A stretch of DNA of 64,000 bases, from the IMG/VR virus record IMGVR_UViG_3300029945_000001, positions 124,001-188,000 of that record; one strand, written 5' to 3'. The position numbers and the translations under genes were made by a program. Within the stretch, counting starts at the first letter, position 1. Each line of letters begins with the position of its first letter. Under the pieces are notes generated by a model that saw only the letters and a list, made by a program, of their open reading frames with translations, was not told where the DNA came from and made no database searches. This document shows, piece by piece, positions 59,925 to 64,000 of the stretch.

Positions 59925-61768
59925 ATGCATATTAACAAACTCAATCCTGATGCTATTTTAAATTTAGAATCTACATCTACGTCTACTAAAGAGATCGTTA
60001 GACATGTTGGTTTTTGTAACTTAGAAGAATTATATGCTGGATCAAAAGAAGCTATTTGTTTAAATGAAATTCCTTTAGGAAATAAAGATTATGCACAACA
60101 GCGTAATCGTATGTTATTCTCAAGAAGTGGTGATTTGAGTTTTATTGCATCTTGTGAATGTGGGCATTATTTTGGTAATTATTATAAAGGACAAATTTGT
60201 AATATTTGTCACAGTGAAGTTATTGACGATTTCGCTGCTTATAACAAAATTCAACATAAAACTTGGTTATCTATTCCACATGGTATCAAAGTACTTCATC
60301 CTATGTTTTATAAGCTTCTTACAAATTCTTGGTTAAAGAGTGGGTACCTAGAAGCAATTTTAAACCCTAATGCACAATTACCTCCTGAATTAGAAATGCA
60401 TATTGATGGACAAGGTTATGTTTATTTCTATGAAAATTTTGATAAGATCATAGATTACTTTGCACGTATCAATAGTGTTACAAGTAAGAAACCAATTACG
60501 AAAGATATTTTAGAAGTTATTGCAAAGAATAGAGATTTGGTCTTTACAAATAAGCTTCCTATTTTGTCTAGTGTTGTTCATTCTGTTACAAACGATGGAA
60601 CACATGGTGGTCGTCAATTTGTTGATTCTGGATCTAAACTTATCCTTAATGCTGCTACTGATTTACAATGTATTTCAGATAGAGAAACAGTTCGAGTAAA
60701 AACATTATTGAAAACTATTTATGATGTTTATTCATCTTATATCAGTTATATCGATGAAATCATTAGTGATCGTATTGGTGCAAAAAGATCTATTTTCAGA
60801 GGTCAGATTTTAGGGACTAGAACACACTTTTCTTTTAGAGGTGTTATTTGTCCACATGAAGATAAATATGATCATTTGTACTTGCCATGGTCTATGGGTG
60901 TTAATACTTATAAAGATCACATTATTGGTAGATTAATTGATGATTACAAAATGGCTCCTGGAGATGCTGTTCTTAGACAACGTATCGCCTTGGTTGAATT
61001 TGATAAAGATATCAATGATATATTTATTAAACTTATTAACGATAGTCCATTTGAAGGATTACCAACGACATTTTGTAGACACCCTTGTTTAAAACGTGGC
61101 GGTGTTCAATTCTTGTATATTACTAAATTTAAAACAAACATACATGATAATACTATTAATATTGGTGTTCCTGTTAGTCATGTTACGAAGGACCCGAATG
61201 CAAAGTTAATTGGCCTACTTGAAAGTAATTTCAAGATAGAATTCTCCTTAATTGCGGGAAAACCTCGTTAAGCATCATATACCAAACATCCCTCAGAAAT
61301 GAGATATACAGGATGTGGCCAATCTAATCAATTGGGTATGGTAAAAACTATGATGATAGAGAAAGTCCGCAGCGAAGCTTCTACGGAACATCGGATGATG
61401 TGCTATGAAGAACGTTCAACGATCATGGGTTTATCACCCAGTAGACTCCCAAGTGGGAAAGAAATAGGAGATACCCTACTCCAATTGGACAGGGTAAAGA
61501 TATGATCTGGTCCACATAAAGATATGTGGCGGGTAGAACATACCGGGATATGAGAGAGATAACTTCAACGACATATCTGGACACAACGGACTTTGACGGA
61601 GATGAGATGACTGGTAATCCTATCTTTGAAAATGAAGCTGCTCGTAAGTTCAGTGTTCTGCATCCAGCAAATCGTATTCATAATACAAAATCATTTGGTA
61701 TTGCATCTGGCGTATCTTTGACATATCCTGTTCTGTCTACATTAAGTGCATTCTTGTCTTCTGATTAG
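59925..61768 (+). CDS. Non-virion RNA polymerase beta' N-terminal subunit (phiKZ gp55-like); spliced, exon 1 59925-~61202, exon 2 61589-61768
   Basis: C.CG...C..C zinc finger; R....G.R.HFSFR.VI; R.P.L; NA|DFDGD reconstituted across the intron. Confidence 0.9.
61203..61588 (+). ncRNA. Group I intron without a homing endonuclease
   Basis: P AATTGCGGGAA (61250), Q GTCCGCAGC (61365), R CGTTCAACGATCAT (61413), S AAGATATGATCT (61497), P7 GATCAT/ATGATC, terminal omega-G at 61588. Confidence 0.9.
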
Positions 61769-61780
61769 GAGTATAACCAT

Positions 61781-62392
61781 ATGTCATTTACTATGACACA
61801 GTTAGGTGCATTTCCTCTTGCTGGTAATCTTTTAGGTGGTGGCGGAAACGATGCCATTGTTAACAAGATCAATAACTCATTTCAAAGTAATAACTTCTTT
61901 GGAAATATTCAAGACGATTTTACAAGTATTCGTAAATCCTTTGTTGATACAGTCATTCGTGATATTCGTATGTCTGAAGTTAAGTTCAATGAGGCCATGA
62001 CTACTATCGATGTACAAGAAAATAATATCAAACCGTTAGAAACATTAGATGATCTTAGAGATACACCTTCTATTATGTTCCATCCTATTATTACATATGC
62101 GCCAGTATTGAATCTATTAAAACAAGGAAGAATTAGTGGATTTGGATTTGATCCAGAACATATTGATGAAGAAGATGTTTATGGAAGATTAATTAATAAT
62201 GGTAGAGTTGATGATGTTATGGAAGCCATGGATGAAAATGGAATTGTTACATTTAAAAATGTTTGGTATAGTGACGATCCTGTATTAACAAGAAGTGAAT
62301 TAGATGCCATTGAACGAACTCGTGATTTTGTTGATACTGTTATTAGAGTAATGAAGTTAGATCCTACAAATCCAGATTGTGATTTAGGATAA
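61781..62392 (+). CDS. Conserved jumbo-phage hypothetical protein
   Basis: AGGAG RBS; C-terminal DPT motif; lies in the core block after the nvRNAP gene. Confidence 0.7.
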   Translation: MSFTMTQLGAFPLAGNLLGGGGNDAIVNKINNSFQSNNFFGNIQDDFTSIRKSFVDTVIRDIRMSEVKFNEAMTTIDVQENNIKPLETLDDLRDTPSIMFHPIITYAPVLNLLKQGRISGFGFDPEHIDEEDVYGRLINNGRVDDVMEAMDENGIVTFKNVWYSDDPVLTRSELDAIERTRDFVDTVIRVMKLDPTNPDCDLG

Positions 62393-62452
62393 AATTTTAT
62401 GATGGGGATGGGTGAAAATCCATCCTCATTATAAACTACAAGGATGTAGAAA

Positions 62453-62845
62453 ATGGCAACAATTGTCATTCCAACATTAGGACCAACTGGTTTATTAAAA
62501 ACCGGTACCGATAAAGTAACATATATGTTGAATTATTTTTTTAGTATGAAGGCGGGTATTTCTGACTTATTTCCAGATCTATTAATTAGTAATCATGACT
62601 TATTAACTCGATATGAAAATACTCCTGATCAGTATGTAGCAAATACTAAAAAACAACTAATGAATGTTATGGCAAGATTATTTGGAGAAAATAACTATAC
62701 AGTTGAAGTTACTTATAATGCATCAAGTAAAGTTGGATTTTATGATATTACTATTGAAATAATGTGGATCGAAGATGGACAATGGAATAGTTTAACTTCT
62801 AATGTTAATATAACCAATAATCAAATAACCATGTCATTCACATAA
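62453..62845 (+). CDS. Conserved jumbo-phage hypothetical protein
   Basis: IPTLG..G N-terminus; RBS. Confidence 0.7.
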   Translation: MATIVIPTLGPTGLLKTGTDKVTYMLNYFFSMKAGISDLFPDLLISNHDLLTRYENTPDQYVANTKKQLMNVMARLFGENNYTVEVTYNASSKVGFYDITIEIMWIEDGQWNSLTSNVNITNNQITMSFT

Positions 62846-62857
62846 GGGAGAACTAAA

Positions 62858-63469
62858 ATGTCATTTGATTTTACAAGAGATTTATTAGCGAAACTCGGTG
62901 GACATAGTGCTGTAGATGAAATTAATAGTTTTTGTAAGACTGCTTTAAAAACCCTTGATGATATTTCAAAAAAGAATAATACTTTTACATTAATGCAGTT
63001 TAAAAAGTTTATGCCTATTTTTTATTCTAACAATAGTAATAGAGAAGATGAAAAATATAAAAAATTAGTGGAAGAATTTATGGATCGTAAAATAGATTTC
63101 TTTGAAATGATTTATGTTGTTGATAACAATGATCCCAATCTTGTTCTTTTCAGATTACCAAGATTATTTAGACGCCCTAAAGATACTGCCGAAAGAAGTA
63201 GAAATGATAGAATTGGTTTAAATGCATATGTTAATAAAACATCAAGTCAGATTCCTAGAGACTCAAGTGCCGCTTGGGGTGTTTTATATAGAGTTTTAGA
63301 TAAAAAATTTAATGTAGATGGTATAGAGATTGAAGAAGCACAGAAAGAATTTATGGACTGTATTAAGTCTATTAGAGATTTTATTCAGAATGGTCCTCCT
63401 AAAGAGATAGAAGAAACAAAAATCAATGAACAAGATAGCACAGAATGGGAAGTCCCAGACGACAACTGA
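62858..63469 (+). CDS. Conserved jumbo-phage hypothetical protein
   Basis: VVD....VLF.LP.L motif; RBS. Confidence 0.7.
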   Translation: MSFDFTRDLLAKLGGHSAVDEINSFCKTALKTLDDISKKNNTFTLMQFKKFMPIFYSNNSNREDEKYKKLVEEFMDRKIDFFEMIYVVDNNDPNLVLFRLPRLFRRPKDTAERSRNDRIGLNAYVNKTSSQIPRDSSAAWGVLYRVLDKKFNVDGIEIEEAQKEFMDCIKSIRDFIQNGPPKEIEETKINEQDSTEWEVPDDN

Positions 63470-64000
63470 TTTTGGTATTATTAATTTAACTGATGTTCAT
63501 TTAGGACATTATAAAACACCGAGTCAATATATCATTGATAATCTTTATATGTATTTATTTCCATTATTAAAACAAGAAACTACAAAACTTCTTTTGATCA
63601 ATGGTGATTTTCTAGATACACTTTTGTATTTAAATCCTAGTGTAAATATCATTCTTGGTTTTATAGTTGATCTTCTTTATCGGTGTAATAAAGAAAGTAT
63701 TGTTGTTCGTGTTGTGAGGGGTACATATTCTCACGATAGAAATCAAATGTCATTATTTAAATTACTGTATGATAAACACAAGTTTACAAACGATTTAAAA
63801 TACATAGATAAATTAACATATGAAAACATCAATAGTTTAAATAGATCTTTTATCTATATACCTGACGATTTACCATATGAGGATAGTTATGCTATTATAG
63901 AAGAAGTAAAGAATTTGCTATCTATTAATAACGTATCTCATGTTGACTATGTGACAGTTCATGGCAACTTTGCACATGCTCTTCCAGAAAATATATCATT
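63426..64000 (+). CDS. sbcD: SbcD/Mre11-like metallophosphoesterase (partial, runs off the window)
   Basis: Frame from the ATG at 63426 reads TDVHLG, INGDFLD, VRGTYSHD and HG. Confidence 0.85.
   Translation, partial: MNKIAQNGKSQTTTDFGIINLTDVHLGHYKTPSQYIIDNLYMYLFPLLKQETTKLLLINGDFLDTLLYLNPSVNIILGFIVDLLYRCNKESIVVRVVRGTYSHDRNQMSLFKLLYDKHKFTNDLKYIDKLTYENINSLNRSFIYIPDDLPYEDSYAIIEEVKNLLSINNVSHVDYVTVHGNFAHALPENIS

Noticed and set aside
61299-61505. 68-aa ORF inside the intron as a homing endonuclease
   Set aside because: Overlaps the catalytic core elements and has no HNH, GIY-YIG or LAGLIDADG motif
1-64000. CRISPR array, rRNA or IS element
   Set aside because: No regularly spaced direct repeats, rRNA signatures or transposase motifs seen

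Overview
This window looks like part of an AT-rich phiKZ-related jumbo phage genome, probably a nucleus-forming one (Chimalliviridae-like). All protein calls come from motif recognition and recalled synteny, not database searches. Core genes: a chimallin-like shell protein next to a non-virion RNA polymerase beta'-N subunit whose NADFDGD active site is split by an ORF-less group I intron, major capsid protein, DnaB-like helicase, split family-B DNA polymerase subunit, UvsX/RecA, SbcC, SbcD (partial), RuvC, dTMP kinase, protease-processed head protein paralogues and tail-fibre genes. A few genes use strongly GC3-rich codons, which suggests a high-GC host. The left end (1-2.9 kb) is an RNA locus: an ORF-free, GC-enriched, extensively base-paired region of more than 1.1 kb that runs off the window (candidate giant ncRNA), two tRNA-Arg(UCU)-like molecules with non-canonical folds, a second ~400-nt structured RNA, and normal tRNA-Thr and tRNA-Asn genes. 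It is followed by an early accessory region with candidate counter-defence and host-takeover genes: two orphan antitoxins, an Apyc1-like MBL hydrolase, a NYN RNase, a QueC-like protein and TraR/DksA. The tail-fibre region records a recent C-terminal swap with foreign GC-rich DNA and contains an eroded radical SAM/SPASM gene.
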